From an uncultured Halanaerobiales bacterium (GTDB taxonomy: Bacteria > Bacillota > Halanaerobiia > Halanaerobiales > M55B127): a stretch of 61,037 nucleotides of DNA. This document shows, one piece after another, positions 51,006 through 59,677 of the stretch (within the stretch, counting starts at the first letter, position 1; the number at the start of each line of letters is the position of its first letter). The notes beneath the pieces were generated by a model. It made no database searches, had not been told where the DNA came from, and saw nothing but the letters and a program-made list of their open reading frames with translations. Position numbers and translations under genes: made by a program. Location: assembly GCA_964526845.1 (NCBI GenBank), contig CAZGMM010000003.1, forward strand, positions 1 to 61,037, read 5' to 3'.

Positions 51006-51034
51006 AAAGCAGGGGAATTAACCCCTGCTTTTTT
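51006..51034 (-). terminator. Hairpin between SBP and permeases (partial terminator or mRNA stabiliser)
   Basis: AAAGCAGGGG-N6-CCCCTGCTTT. Confidence 0.7.
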
Positions 51035-51042
51035 ATATTATT

Positions 51043-52284
51043 TTATTCCATAACCTTCTGTCTTACCTGTTCCATCTCTTCCATAATTGATTCGTACTGA
51101 TCGGGATACTGCCAGAACTTCATGAGCAGATCCATGGTATCTCCTGCCATGGCAGGGTCCATGTCCCTATCATAGAACTGAGCTAGGGCATCGGTATTTT
51201 CAATCATTTCTTTACCTTTGAGAGCCGGTTCATCATATACTTCATCGGGCACATCACTATTAGGTACCATACGACCCATATCTTCAGCAAATACTCTTTG
51301 TCCTTCTACACTAGCTAAGAAAGCAATAAAGTCTTTGGCTAGTTCGGGATTAGGTGCTTTCGCAGGAATCATAAATCCATCTGTAGGTAAGTCTTCTCCT
51401 ACAGGTACATTTTTATTAATGATTGGGAATCTAAAGAAGTTCATGTCTTTTTGCACATCTTCAGAGACCGCATCATTGATAAACTGACCCATCAGATACA
51501 TAGCAGCATCGCCCTGGGTCATAAACTGTAGGCCTTCCTGCCAGGAATAGGCCGCTGCATCTTCAACAAAGAAGTCATTTTCAATTAAGTACTTCCACTT
51601 TTTAAATACCTCTGCTACTCGATCATCAGTAAAGGGAACTTCTCCATGCATTAGATCAACATGGAACTCAGGACCATTAATTCTCATATTAAGATAATCA
51701 AACCAACCAGCAGCAGTCCACTTAAACTTGGTACCGATAGCAAAGGGAGTAATTCCATTTTCTTTTAAGGTTTCTCCTACTTCAAGTAGTTGTTCCCAAG
51801 TTTGAGGTTCCTCGAGATCATACTTCTCAAAGATTGATTCTCTATAGTAGATTGCCCACCAGTAGTAACTGTGTGGTAAGAAATAGGCTTCATCTTCAAA
51901 GAAACTTATACTTTTGAAAGCCCTTGGTATCTTTTCATCAAGGTTCTCTTCCTGCCAAACATCAGTAAAGGGCATTACTAAATCTTTATCGACAAAGTAC
52001 TTAGCCCGATTACCGGCAAACCAACTGAATACATCTGGTGGATTATCAGATGATAGCCAAACTCTGATCGCTTTTTTAAAGTCCTCATGAGCAGTAATAT
52101 TGAGTTGGACATCAATATCTGGATTATTCTCTTCATAGATCTCTACTAACCTTTTCATAGCCTTTCTTGGGGCAGGATCACTTGTATATGTATTAACGGT
52201 CAGTGTCTCTGCCATCGTAACTGCACTAAATGCAAATAATAAAGTTAGGACTAATAGAACTGGTAATAGCTTCTTAATTTTCAT
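51043..52284 (-). CDS. Sugar ABC substrate-binding protein
   Basis: SPase I-type signal peptide (AVTMA), PPDVFSW, AMYLMGQF family-1 SBP features. Confidence 0.93.
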   Translation of the reverse strand: MKIKKLLPVLLVLTLLFAFSAVTMAETLTVNTYTSDPAPRKAMKRLVEIYEENNPDIDVQLNITAHEDFKKAIRVWLSSDNPPDVFSWFAGNRAKYFVDKDLVMPFTDVWQEENLDEKIPRAFKSISFFEDEAYFLPHSYYWWAIYYRESIFEKYDLEEPQTWEQLLEVGETLKENGITPFAIGTKFKWTAAGWFDYLNMRINGPEFHVDLMHGEVPFTDDRVAEVFKKWKYLIENDFFVEDAAAYSWQEGLQFMTQGDAAMYLMGQFINDAVSEDVQKDMNFFRFPIINKNVPVGEDLPTDGFMIPAKAPNPELAKDFIAFLASVEGQRVFAEDMGRMVPNSDVPDEVYDEPALKGKEMIENTDALAQFYDRDMDPAMAGDTMDLLMKFWQYPDQYESIMEEMEQVRQKVME

Positions 52285-52325
52285 TTTTTAATATTCCCCC
52301 CTAGGTTTTTTTAAAAAAATTATTT

Positions 52326-52341
52326 TTTAAAACGTTTTAAA
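52326..52341. promoter_or_regulatory. LacI-family operator, copy 2
   Basis: Perfect palindrome TTTAAAACGTTTTAAA upstream of the SBP gene. Confidence 0.75.
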
Positions 52342-52375
52342 GCTGCTCAATAAAATATACCACCTCCATGCAAAT

Positions 52376-53383
52376 TTAGTTGAGTGTTTTAGAAGATTTT
52401 CTAACTATTAACTCGGTTGGAAAGATTATAAGCTGTTCGTCTGAACTTAACCTTTCTTTTTTTATTCTTTTAAGAAGTACTTCCGCCGCCTTTTTACCCA
52501 TTTCTTTTTTGGGTATATGTAAAGTAGATAAGGAAGGATTATAGTACTCAGACATGCGGATGTTATCAATACCAATAATTGAGATATCATCTGGAACATC
52601 TATATCAGCTGAAGTTAAGGATTGAATAACCCCCATTGCCATTTCATCATTCAAACAGATCAAGGCAGTGGGGAGTTCATTTAAGGTTACAATTTTTTGA
52701 CCGACCTTATAACCACCTTCTATTGTTAAAAAGTCATAATAAATGAAATCTTGATTTATCTCAATATTATTATCTTGTAAAGCCTTTTTATAGCCTTTTA
52801 CCCTCTCTTCACTCTGGCCGACAAAACCTATCTTTTTATGGCCGTTGTTAATAAGATAAGTTGCGATATTATAGGCTCCTTCAAATAAGTCGGTTTTGAT
52901 CACTGGGATTAGATTATAATTATTAATTTCACGGTCCACAAATACAACTGGCGTGTTATTTTTAACGAGATCAATGATCATCTTATTATGTTCTTCCATC
53001 ATATCGCCCAAACAGGCAAAGATAGCTCCGTCCACCAAACCGCTTTTAAAAAGATTGATGTATCTCAGTTCTTCTTCTGACTTATATTCTGTACTACATA
53101 ATATTAAATTATATCCACTTTCTTTAATCGTATTTTTAATAGACTGGGCCATCTCAGCGAAAAATGGATTTTCAACTTCCGGGATGACAAGGCCGATGGT
53201 TTCGGTCGCCTTTTTAACGAGGGCACGGGCCCTTGCATTCGGGGTGTAATTTAATTCTTCCGCGATTTTTTTGATCTTTTCGTAGGTTTTGTGATTAACT
53301 TTTTCACTATTATTTAAAGCCAAAGAAGCAGTTGCAACTGAAACATTGGCTTTTTTAGCAATATCTTTTAAGGTTGTAGACAT
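52376..53383 (-). CDS. LacI-family transcriptional repressor
   Basis: TLKDIAKKANVSVATAS helix-turn-helix, YTPN hinge, NDEMAMG, VPDDISIIG. Confidence 0.97.
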   Translation of the reverse strand: MSTTLKDIAKKANVSVATASLALNNSEKVNHKTYEKIKKIAEELNYTPNARARALVKKATETIGLVIPEVENPFFAEMAQSIKNTIKESGYNLILCSTEYKSEEELRYINLFKSGLVDGAIFACLGDMMEEHNKMIIDLVKNNTPVVFVDREINNYNLIPVIKTDLFEGAYNIATYLINNGHKKIGFVGQSEERVKGYKKALQDNNIEINQDFIYYDFLTIEGGYKVGQKIVTLNELPTALICLNDEMAMGVIQSLTSADIDVPDDISIIGIDNIRMSEYYNPSLSTLHIPKKEMGKKAAEVLLKRIKKERLSSDEQLIIFPTELIVRKSSKTLN

Positions 53384-53410
53384 AACTGATAACCTTCTTT
53401 ATTGTGTAGT

Positions 53411-53424
53411 TTAAAACGTTTTAA
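53411..53424. promoter_or_regulatory. LacI-family operator, copy 1
   Basis: Perfect palindrome TTAAAACGTTTTAA just downstream of the lacI -10 box. Confidence 0.8.
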
Positions 53425-53433
53425 CCATTGATA

Positions 53434-53462
53434 ATTATATAATAAGAATTTTTAATTGTCAA
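53434..53462 (-). promoter_or_regulatory. Consensus sigma-A promoter of the LacI-ABC-GH2 unit
   Basis: TTGACA-N17-TATAAT. Confidence 0.88.
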
Positions 53463-53492
53463 ACAATTTCCAAAATTCTTTTTATTAAAAAC

Positions 53493-53529
53493 AAAAAATA
53501 GAGACCAAAGATTAATCTTTGATCTCTAT
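53493..53529 (-). terminator. Terminator of the gal-GH1 operon, overlapping the GH1 3' end
   Basis: ATAGAGATCAAAGAT-TA-ATCTTTGGTCTCTAT then TTTTT. Confidence 0.85.
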
Positions 53530-54870
53530 GCCATTTCTTTCAATTACTTCACTGTAAAATTTACCACTTTTTTTGATATATCTCTTTTGGTTATCCTTGT
53601 AATCCACAAAGATGATACCAAATCTTTTAGAAAAACCATAGGCCCATTCAAAGTTATCCATAATAGACCAAACATAGTATCCTTTGAGTGGTATACCATC
53701 TTCAATAGCCTGATGAGCTTTTAATAAGTGGTTTTTTAGGTAATTAACCCGCTTATCATCTTTTACCTTACCCTCTTCAGTTAATTTATCCTTAAAGGCA
53801 GCCCCATTTTCTGTGATATATAGGGGTAGATCAGAGTATTCATTATTTACTCTATTTAAGACATTGTATAAGCCCTGGGGATATACTTCCCAGCCCATTT
53901 CTGTGTATTGGCTGTCCTCTATTTTTACTTCCTTGCTCTCTAATATATTGGCTTCGTCCGCATGTTTTATAACATTACGGGAATAATAGTTGATACCTAA
54001 AAAGTCCATGGGATAACTGATAACTGACATATCTCCCTCTTTAACCTTAATTTCTCCTACATTTTCCTCAAAGAATTCAAAGAGTTCTTTCGGATACTTA
54101 GCCCTGAATAAAGGATCTAAAACGATCTTGTTTAGGAAATTATCCTGACGCCAGGCGGCAGCTAGATCTTCTTTTTTATCAGTGGCAGGTTGAAAATCAC
54201 TCAAATTTACAGTAATTCCTATATCACCACTCATCTCTTCTTCTCTAAAGGTACGTGCTACCAAACCGTGGGATAAAAGCAGGTGGTGTAGGACCTGGAG
54301 GGCACTCTGATAATCCTGTTTACCGGGGGCATGCTGTCCAAAAGCATGTCCGACAAAACTAACTACCCAGGGTTCATTATGGGTAATCCACTGGTCAATA
54401 ACCCCGTCAAACTCTTCTATAATCCGCATCGCATAATCATGAAAGTATTTAGCGGTATCTCTGTTTTCCCAACCACCTCTCTCCTGTAACGCCTGGGGTA
54501 AATCCCAATGATAGAGGGTGGGCAGTGGTTTAATACCATTTTGCAGTAATTCATCGACAAGTCTTTTATAAAAATCTAATCCTTTTTGATTTACTGAACC
54601 GGTCCCTTCCGGCAAGATGCGGGGCCATGATATAGAAAAACGGTAAGAATCAAGACCGATCTTTTTTATTAACTTAACATCTTCTTTATATCTATGGTAA
54701 TGATCACAGGCTACATCTCCTGTATCACCATTTTTAATATTTCCTTTTTGATGGGTAAATCTATCCCAGATAGATTCACCTTTGCCATCTTCGTCATAGG
54801 CGCCTTCTATCTGATAGGAAGCTGCGGCCGCTCCCCAAGTAAAGTCTTCCGGAAACTTATATTCAGTCAT
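53512..54870 (-). CDS. bglA: GH1 beta-glucosidase/beta-galactosidase
   Basis: YQIEGA, TLYHWDLP, THNEP (acid/base), ITENG (nucleophile), DNFEW. Confidence 0.93.
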   Translation of the reverse strand: MTEYKFPEDFTWGAAAASYQIEGAYDEDGKGESIWDRFTHQKGNIKNGDTGDVACDHYHRYKEDVKLIKKIGLDSYRFSISWPRILPEGTGSVNQKGLDFYKRLVDELLQNGIKPLPTLYHWDLPQALQERGGWENRDTAKYFHDYAMRIIEEFDGVIDQWITHNEPWVVSFVGHAFGQHAPGKQDYQSALQVLHHLLLSHGLVARTFREEEMSGDIGITVNLSDFQPATDKKEDLAAAWRQDNFLNKIVLDPLFRAKYPKELFEFFEENVGEIKVKEGDMSVISYPMDFLGINYYSRNVIKHADEANILESKEVKIEDSQYTEMGWEVYPQGLYNVLNRVNNEYSDLPLYITENGAAFKDKLTEEGKVKDDKRVNYLKNHLLKAHQAIEDGIPLKGYYVWSIMDNFEWAYGFSKRFGIIFVDYKDNQKRYIKKSGKFYSEVIERNGIEIKD

Positions 54871-54951
54871 ACTTATCCCTCCTCTTTTAAGTATATTAAA
54901 TATTTAATTTTAACCTCCTGCTTTTAATTCTTATTAAATTTCTAAAGTATT

Positions 54952-56124
54952 TTAATATGAACTAGCTCCTTTGGCCGGGCGGCTGGTGTAAAAGTCAGGT
55001 TCCTTATTATATTCTTTCTTATATTCAGTCTTAATGCTATTTATAATCTTACTTTTATAATCTTTTTCTATTAAATTAACGGTACAACCCCCAAACCCGG
55101 CCCCTGTCATGCGGGCTCCCAACACTCCCTTTAATTCTAAGGCAGTCTCAACTAAAAAGTCCAACTCCTCACAGCTAACTTCATATTCATTTTTTAGGCT
55201 GAGGTGGGATGCATACATTAACTGACCGGCCTTTTCATAATTGCCATCTTCTACACTATCAGCGAACTCCAACACCCTTCTGTTTTCAGTCAGGACATGG
55301 GTGGCCCTTTTGTAGTCGGTCTCATTTAATTTATCTTCATATCTAAAAAGCTCATTAATATCAATATCACGCAGGCTTTCTATATCTTCTGCAAAGTTTT
55401 CATTAAAGTATTTTACGACATTATTACACTGCTGGCGGCGTAAATTATATTCTGAGTCAACCAAACCCCTTTGTACTTTTGAATCAATTATTAAAAACTG
55501 ATACTTCTTATTTTGGATAGGCACCTTATTATAATCATAGCTTTCACAGTCTATTAAAAGGGCCTTATCCTTCTCTCCCAAACAGGAAATGTACTGGTCC
55601 ATTATACCACATTCTACGCCGACAAAGTTATTCTCAGCACTTTGAGCTATTAAAGCTTTCTTGACAGGACTGATCTCAAAGTTGTTTAATTCAGCTAATC
55701 CATACACAGTTACTACTTCAAGTGCGGCCGAAGAACTTAAACCGGCCCCCTGGGGGATATCACCTGTGAAGACCATGTTGAAACCGGTCGGGTGATAACC
55801 TTCTTTTTGTAGTTCGCTAACCACTCCTACAATATAGTTTGACCAGCTGTTTTCTTTATTGAACTTAAGTTTTTCGGTAGTTGTCGTGTAATATCTATCT
55901 AAATCAATGGAATAGATATTGATCTGCTTATCATCTCTTAATTGAAGATAAGCATAGATCCTTCTATCAATTGCCATCGGTAAGACAAAACCATTATTAT
56001 AGTCAGTATGTTCTCCAATTAAATTAACCCGTCCCGGTGCAAAGAAAAAACCATCTCTATTTTTTGTATTTTTGAAGTTATTTTTATAATGTTCTTTTAA
56101 AATACTTTTTTCCACTTTTACCAC
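54952..56124 (-). CDS. galK: Galactokinase
   Basis: APGRVNLIGEHTDY, PQGAGLSSSAA, CGIMDQ, GARMTGAGFGG. Confidence 0.97.
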   Translation of the reverse strand: MVKVEKSILKEHYKNNFKNTKNRDGFFFAPGRVNLIGEHTDYNNGFVLPMAIDRRIYAYLQLRDDKQINIYSIDLDRYYTTTTEKLKFNKENSWSNYIVGVVSELQKEGYHPTGFNMVFTGDIPQGAGLSSSAALEVVTVYGLAELNNFEISPVKKALIAQSAENNFVGVECGIMDQYISCLGEKDKALLIDCESYDYNKVPIQNKKYQFLIIDSKVQRGLVDSEYNLRRQQCNNVVKYFNENFAEDIESLRDIDINELFRYEDKLNETDYKRATHVLTENRRVLEFADSVEDGNYEKAGQLMYASHLSLKNEYEVSCEELDFLVETALELKGVLGARMTGAGFGGCTVNLIEKDYKSKIINSIKTEYKKEYNKEPDFYTSRPAKGASSY

Positions 56125-57114
56125 CTACTCTTCACATATTTCAAAAGGTTCTGTATTTCTTAATTCTTCCGCCTTCTCTTCTGGTAGAGAACCATTAATA
56201 AAGGCGCCTGCTCCCGATTCACTGCCGGCTAAATACTTTAATTTATCCTTGGTTCTATAGGGAGGATAAAATTCAATATGGAAATGGGAGTAATCTTCAG
56301 TTCCTTCTACAGCCGGTTTTTGATGGATAGCCATTATATAGGGAAATTCAAAACCAAATAGGTTATCATACTTTTTTATCACGGTTTTTAAGAGACCGGC
56401 AAGGTCCTTAATAAGTTTTTCATTAAATTCAGCAAAAGAAGTAATATGGTGATTAGCATATATATTAACTTCATAGGCATAACGGGCAAAAAATGGTATA
56501 AGGGCTGTAAATGAATCATTTTGAACGATGATTCTTTCTTCTTGTTCTATCTCCTGTTTTAGAACATCACAGTATAGACAGCTGCCCTCTTTTTCTAAAT
56601 GTTCTTTACTATTGTTTAATTCTTTTGCAATTAAAGGCGGGATATCAGGGTAAGCATAAATCTGTCCATGCGGGTGTGAAAGGGTAACCCCCACCTCTTC
56701 CCCTTTATTTTCAAATATATAAACATAATCTATATATTCTTTTGAACTTAGGTCTTCATATCTATCTTTCCAGACCTTGATTAGTTTGATAAAGCGGCTT
56801 AAGGGCTTTTCAGACATAACTCCATCATGGTCTGAGGTAAATAATACTACCTCACATACACCTTTTGAATCTGTTACTGGAGTTAACTCAGTTCCCTCAA
56901 CCACAGGTTCACGTGGTTCTCTCTCTAAAGAAGGAAATTTATTTTCAAATACAACCAGGTCATAGTCGGGCCTGGGAACTTCTGTTTCAAATCCACCCGG
57001 TTCTGTCGGACATAAGGGACAGTAATCTTCAGGTGGATTAAAGGTCCTATCCTGACGGTGGGTCGCTGTAATTAACCATTCCTTTAATATGGGATTCCAT
57101 CTCATTTCAGACAT
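56125..57114 (-). CDS. galT: Galactose-1-phosphate uridylyltransferase
   Basis: RQDRT, CPLCP, FENKG, SHPHGQ catalytic motif. Confidence 0.96.
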   Translation of the reverse strand: MSEMRWNPILKEWLITATHRQDRTFNPPEDYCPLCPTEPGGFETEVPRPDYDLVVFENKFPSLEREPREPVVEGTELTPVTDSKGVCEVVLFTSDHDGVMSEKPLSRFIKLIKVWKDRYEDLSSKEYIDYVYIFENKGEEVGVTLSHPHGQIYAYPDIPPLIAKELNNSKEHLEKEGSCLYCDVLKQEIEQEERIIVQNDSFTALIPFFARYAYEVNIYANHHITSFAEFNEKLIKDLAGLLKTVIKKYDNLFGFEFPYIMAIHQKPAVEGTEDYSHFHIEFYPPYRTKDKLKYLAGSESGAGAFINGSLPEEKAEELRNTEPFEICEE

Positions 57115-57225
57115 TTATTTGTTCTCCTCCTTATTATTAGATTTTTCTTTTTCATCTTCTTCAAATGTATAGTAATACATTAACCTACCATCATCTTTTT
57201 TGACTTCCTCTTTTTTCATCTTCAT
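57115..57225 (-). CDS. 36-aa ORF resembling the N-terminal segment of long-form GalT (absent from the ORF track)
   Basis: MKMKKEEVKKDDGRLMYYYTFEEDEKEKSNNKEENK; ATG overlaps the galE stop (TAATG) with SD AAAGGTGG; its TAA abuts the galT ATG in frame. Confidence 0.75.
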   Translation of the reverse strand: MKMKKEEVKKDDGRLMYYYTFEEDEKEKSNNKEENK

Positions 57226-58202
57226 TATTTAAAGCCACCTTTCTTATGCCAGTTCCAGGCAGTTTTTATTATTGTTTCTAACTCTGGATATTCAGCCTGC
57301 CAGTCTAATTCTTTTTGAATCTTTTCAGAACTTGCAATTAACACTGCGGGATCACCCGCTCTTCTCTCACTATTTTCGGCTGGAATAATCTCTCCCGTCA
57401 CTTCTCTGGCAGTTTCGATAACTTCTTTTACTGTATAACCCTCACCATTACCGAGGTTATAGATACTGCTCTCTTTACCTTGCATTAAGGCCTGTAGGCC
57501 TAAAGTATGGGCAGAAGACAGGTCATTGACATGAATATAGTCTCTCACACAGGTCCCGTCTCTGGTCTCATAATCAGTACCAAAGATATAGAGTTTATCC
57601 CTTTTGCCCAGGGCAGTGTCTAAGACGAGCGGGATAAGATGAGTTTCCGGGTCATGGTCTTCTCCGATCTGACCACTAGGGTCAGCCCCCGCCGCGTTGA
57701 AGTACCTTAAGGAAATATAGTTTAGATCAAATAATTGGTCATACCTTTCCATCACCTTTTCAAAAAAGTATTTACTTTCACCATAAGGGTTACCGGGATC
57801 GATAGGATGATCTTCTTTTATTGGGACTTCTTCAGGCTCACCATAGACAGCCGCAGTGGAAGAAAAAACGATATTTTTTACTCCGTTTGCAAGCATTACA
57901 TCTAAAAGTTTTATTCCATTATCTAGATTATTATGGTAATACTTGCCTGGATCTTCCATTGATTCACCAACTAAACTATCTGCTGCCAGATGAACAACTG
58001 CCTCGATTTTATTATAACTAAATACTTCTTGTAAGAATTCTGTGTCTTTAATATCTCCCACGATCAGCTTTCCGCCTAAAACAGCTTTTTTATGACCTTT
58101 TTGTAGGTTATCAACTGTAATAACATCAAAATCATTTTCAACTAAATCTTTAACTACATGACTGCCGATATAGCCTGCTCCACCAGTTACTAAAACACTC
58201 AT
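57225..58202 (-). CDS. galE: UDP-glucose 4-epimerase
   Basis: GGAGYIGSH, FSSTAAVYG, YGESK, LRYFNAAG, RDYIHV. Confidence 0.97.
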   Translation of the reverse strand: MSVLVTGGAGYIGSHVVKDLVENDFDVITVDNLQKGHKKAVLGGKLIVGDIKDTEFLQEVFSYNKIEAVVHLAADSLVGESMEDPGKYYHNNLDNGIKLLDVMLANGVKNIVFSSTAAVYGEPEEVPIKEDHPIDPGNPYGESKYFFEKVMERYDQLFDLNYISLRYFNAAGADPSGQIGEDHDPETHLIPLVLDTALGKRDKLYIFGTDYETRDGTCVRDYIHVNDLSSAHTLGLQALMQGKESSIYNLGNGEGYTVKEVIETAREVTGEIIPAENSERRAGDPAVLIASSEKIQKELDWQAEYPELETIIKTAWNWHKKGGFK

Positions 58203-59347
58203 TAGATTTCCTCCTCATTGTAAAAGTATTTTTCTAATATGGAAAATGCTGCTCCGGCTGCTCCCGCTATTTTATTAAATTCCGTAAATTCAAGGGGAGA
58301 GGATTCTTTATTCAATGAATTGTCCACCACAAAAGATGATAAATGGGGTGATAGTTTGTCTTTAATATCTAAAAAATCTCCCCCTACAATAATTCTATTG
58401 GGGTTTAATAAATTGACAATATTTACTATTGCTAACCCAAAATACTTACTGATATACTTTAAGATAATTTCTGTATCCTTCTCATTCGAATTTATTATAT
58501 TACTTAATTTACTCCAACTATTAATATTGATCCCAAAGACTTTATCAGCATACTCCAATAAATTTTTGCGGGCCACTAAAGCCTCTAAACAACCTCTATT
58601 TCCACAGCTGCAGAGTGGTCCCTCTTCTTTTACAATTATATGGCCAATTTCGCCTGCCAGAAAGTCTTTCCCGTATATTAAGCGGTTATTTAAAACAACG
58701 GCAGAACCAATTCCCCGGCCGGTATTTATATATACGAAGTTTTTCTTTTTATTCCATCTTTCCGCTCTAGCCATCATCCGGACATCATTATCAATCCTAA
58801 TGGGCATATCATATATTTTATTTAGTTTTTCTAAAATATTTTTATCCTTCCACTTAAAGTGAGGAGCAAATCTGGATACCCCTTTATTAGGATCTACAAC
58901 TCCGTGAATACCAACCCCTATACCTTTAATCTTATTTTGATCTACTTGCTCAAAAAGCTGCCTGGTAATTATCCTGGTCTTTTTTAAAAAATTTCCTAAA
59001 ATTAAATTATTTATTGTCTTTTTACCTTTTAATTCAATTTCTCCTTCTAAATTAACAAGGGCATAACTGATTGAGTTTATTCCCCAGTTAATACCAATCA
59101 CCTTAATCTCTTCCCCATTAAGCTTAAGATAAACAGGCCGCCTTCCCCCTTTTGATTTACCACGTTTGCTTTCTTTAATTAGTTGGTTTTCTATTAAATC
59201 ATTAACTATGTTAGTTACAGTAGCAGGTGAAAGACCTGTCTTATCAGCAATATCAGCCCGGGAAATCTGGTGATTTTCTTTGATAATTTTTAAAATTAGT
59301 TTTTCGTTACGATTTTTCATTATGTCAAAACTTGTCGGTTGGGACAT
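58202..59347 (-). CDS. ROK-family transcriptional repressor
   Basis: N-terminal HTH (ISRADIADKTGLSPATVT), GEIGH, CSCGNRGCLE. Confidence 0.95.
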   Translation of the reverse strand: MSQPTSFDIMKNRNEKLILKIIKENHQISRADIADKTGLSPATVTNIVNDLIENQLIKESKRGKSKGGRRPVYLKLNGEEIKVIGINWGINSISYALVNLEGEIELKGKKTINNLILGNFLKKTRIITRQLFEQVDQNKIKGIGVGIHGVVDPNKGVSRFAPHFKWKDKNILEKLNKIYDMPIRIDNDVRMMARAERWNKKKNFVYINTGRGIGSAVVLNNRLIYGKDFLAGEIGHIIVKEEGPLCSCGNRGCLEALVARKNLLEYADKVFGININSWSKLSNIINSNEKDTEIILKYISKYFGLAIVNIVNLLNPNRIIVGGDFLDIKDKLSPHLSSFVVDNSLNKESSPLEFTEFNKIAGAAGAAFSILEKYFYNEEEI

Positions 59348-59358
59348 TTTATTCACCA

Positions 59359-59383
59359 ACTTTCTTTATTTAATAAATTAACT
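59359..59383. promoter_or_regulatory. Candidate ROK operator overlapping the ROK gene ribosome-binding region
   Basis: 25-bp imperfect dyad ACTTTCTTTATTTAATAAATTAACT with a perfect core TTTATT-T-AATAAA. Confidence 0.5.
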
Positions 59384-59437
59384 AACTAAAGAATATCATA
59401 CTTTTTGTTCTTTGTAAAATTATATTGTTTAAATTCA

Positions 59438-59466
59438 TTGCATAAGTATGAATTTAGTTGTATAAT
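59438..59466 (+). promoter_or_regulatory. Sigma-A promoter facing the final SBP gene
   Basis: TTGCAT-N17-TATAAT. Confidence 0.7.
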
Positions 59467-59677
59467 TATTTTATAGATGCTTTTTATACTTCACTTTCTT
59501 GTTTATGAGGTCTCTTATATTATTCTTTACCACATTTGATAATTAGACTCTCCTCTTTCTCCTATCCTTTTTTCCCCTTTTCTAATTTATTTAAACCTCC
59601 TTTCTTTAAAATCAATTACTTGCATATTTAATAATTAAATAGTTGATTGCATTTATAGATGAGAGGGGGATCTTTAA

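Noticed and set aside
52327-52368. SD-like GGAGGTGG followed by a 7-codon TTG mini-ORF over the operator
   Set aside because: Better explained as an extended -10 promoter plus operator; too short to support.
54871-54951. Extra AGGAGG between galK and GH1
   Set aside because: No canonical start codon at a usable distance.
743-58862. Many short plus-strand ORFs inside minus-strand genes (e.g. 4106, 6131, 18781, 35031, 41054, 47605, 58239)
   Set aside because: They lie opposite well-conserved genes, are rich in Ser/Leu/Phe/Ile as expected of antisense shadows, and show no motifs.
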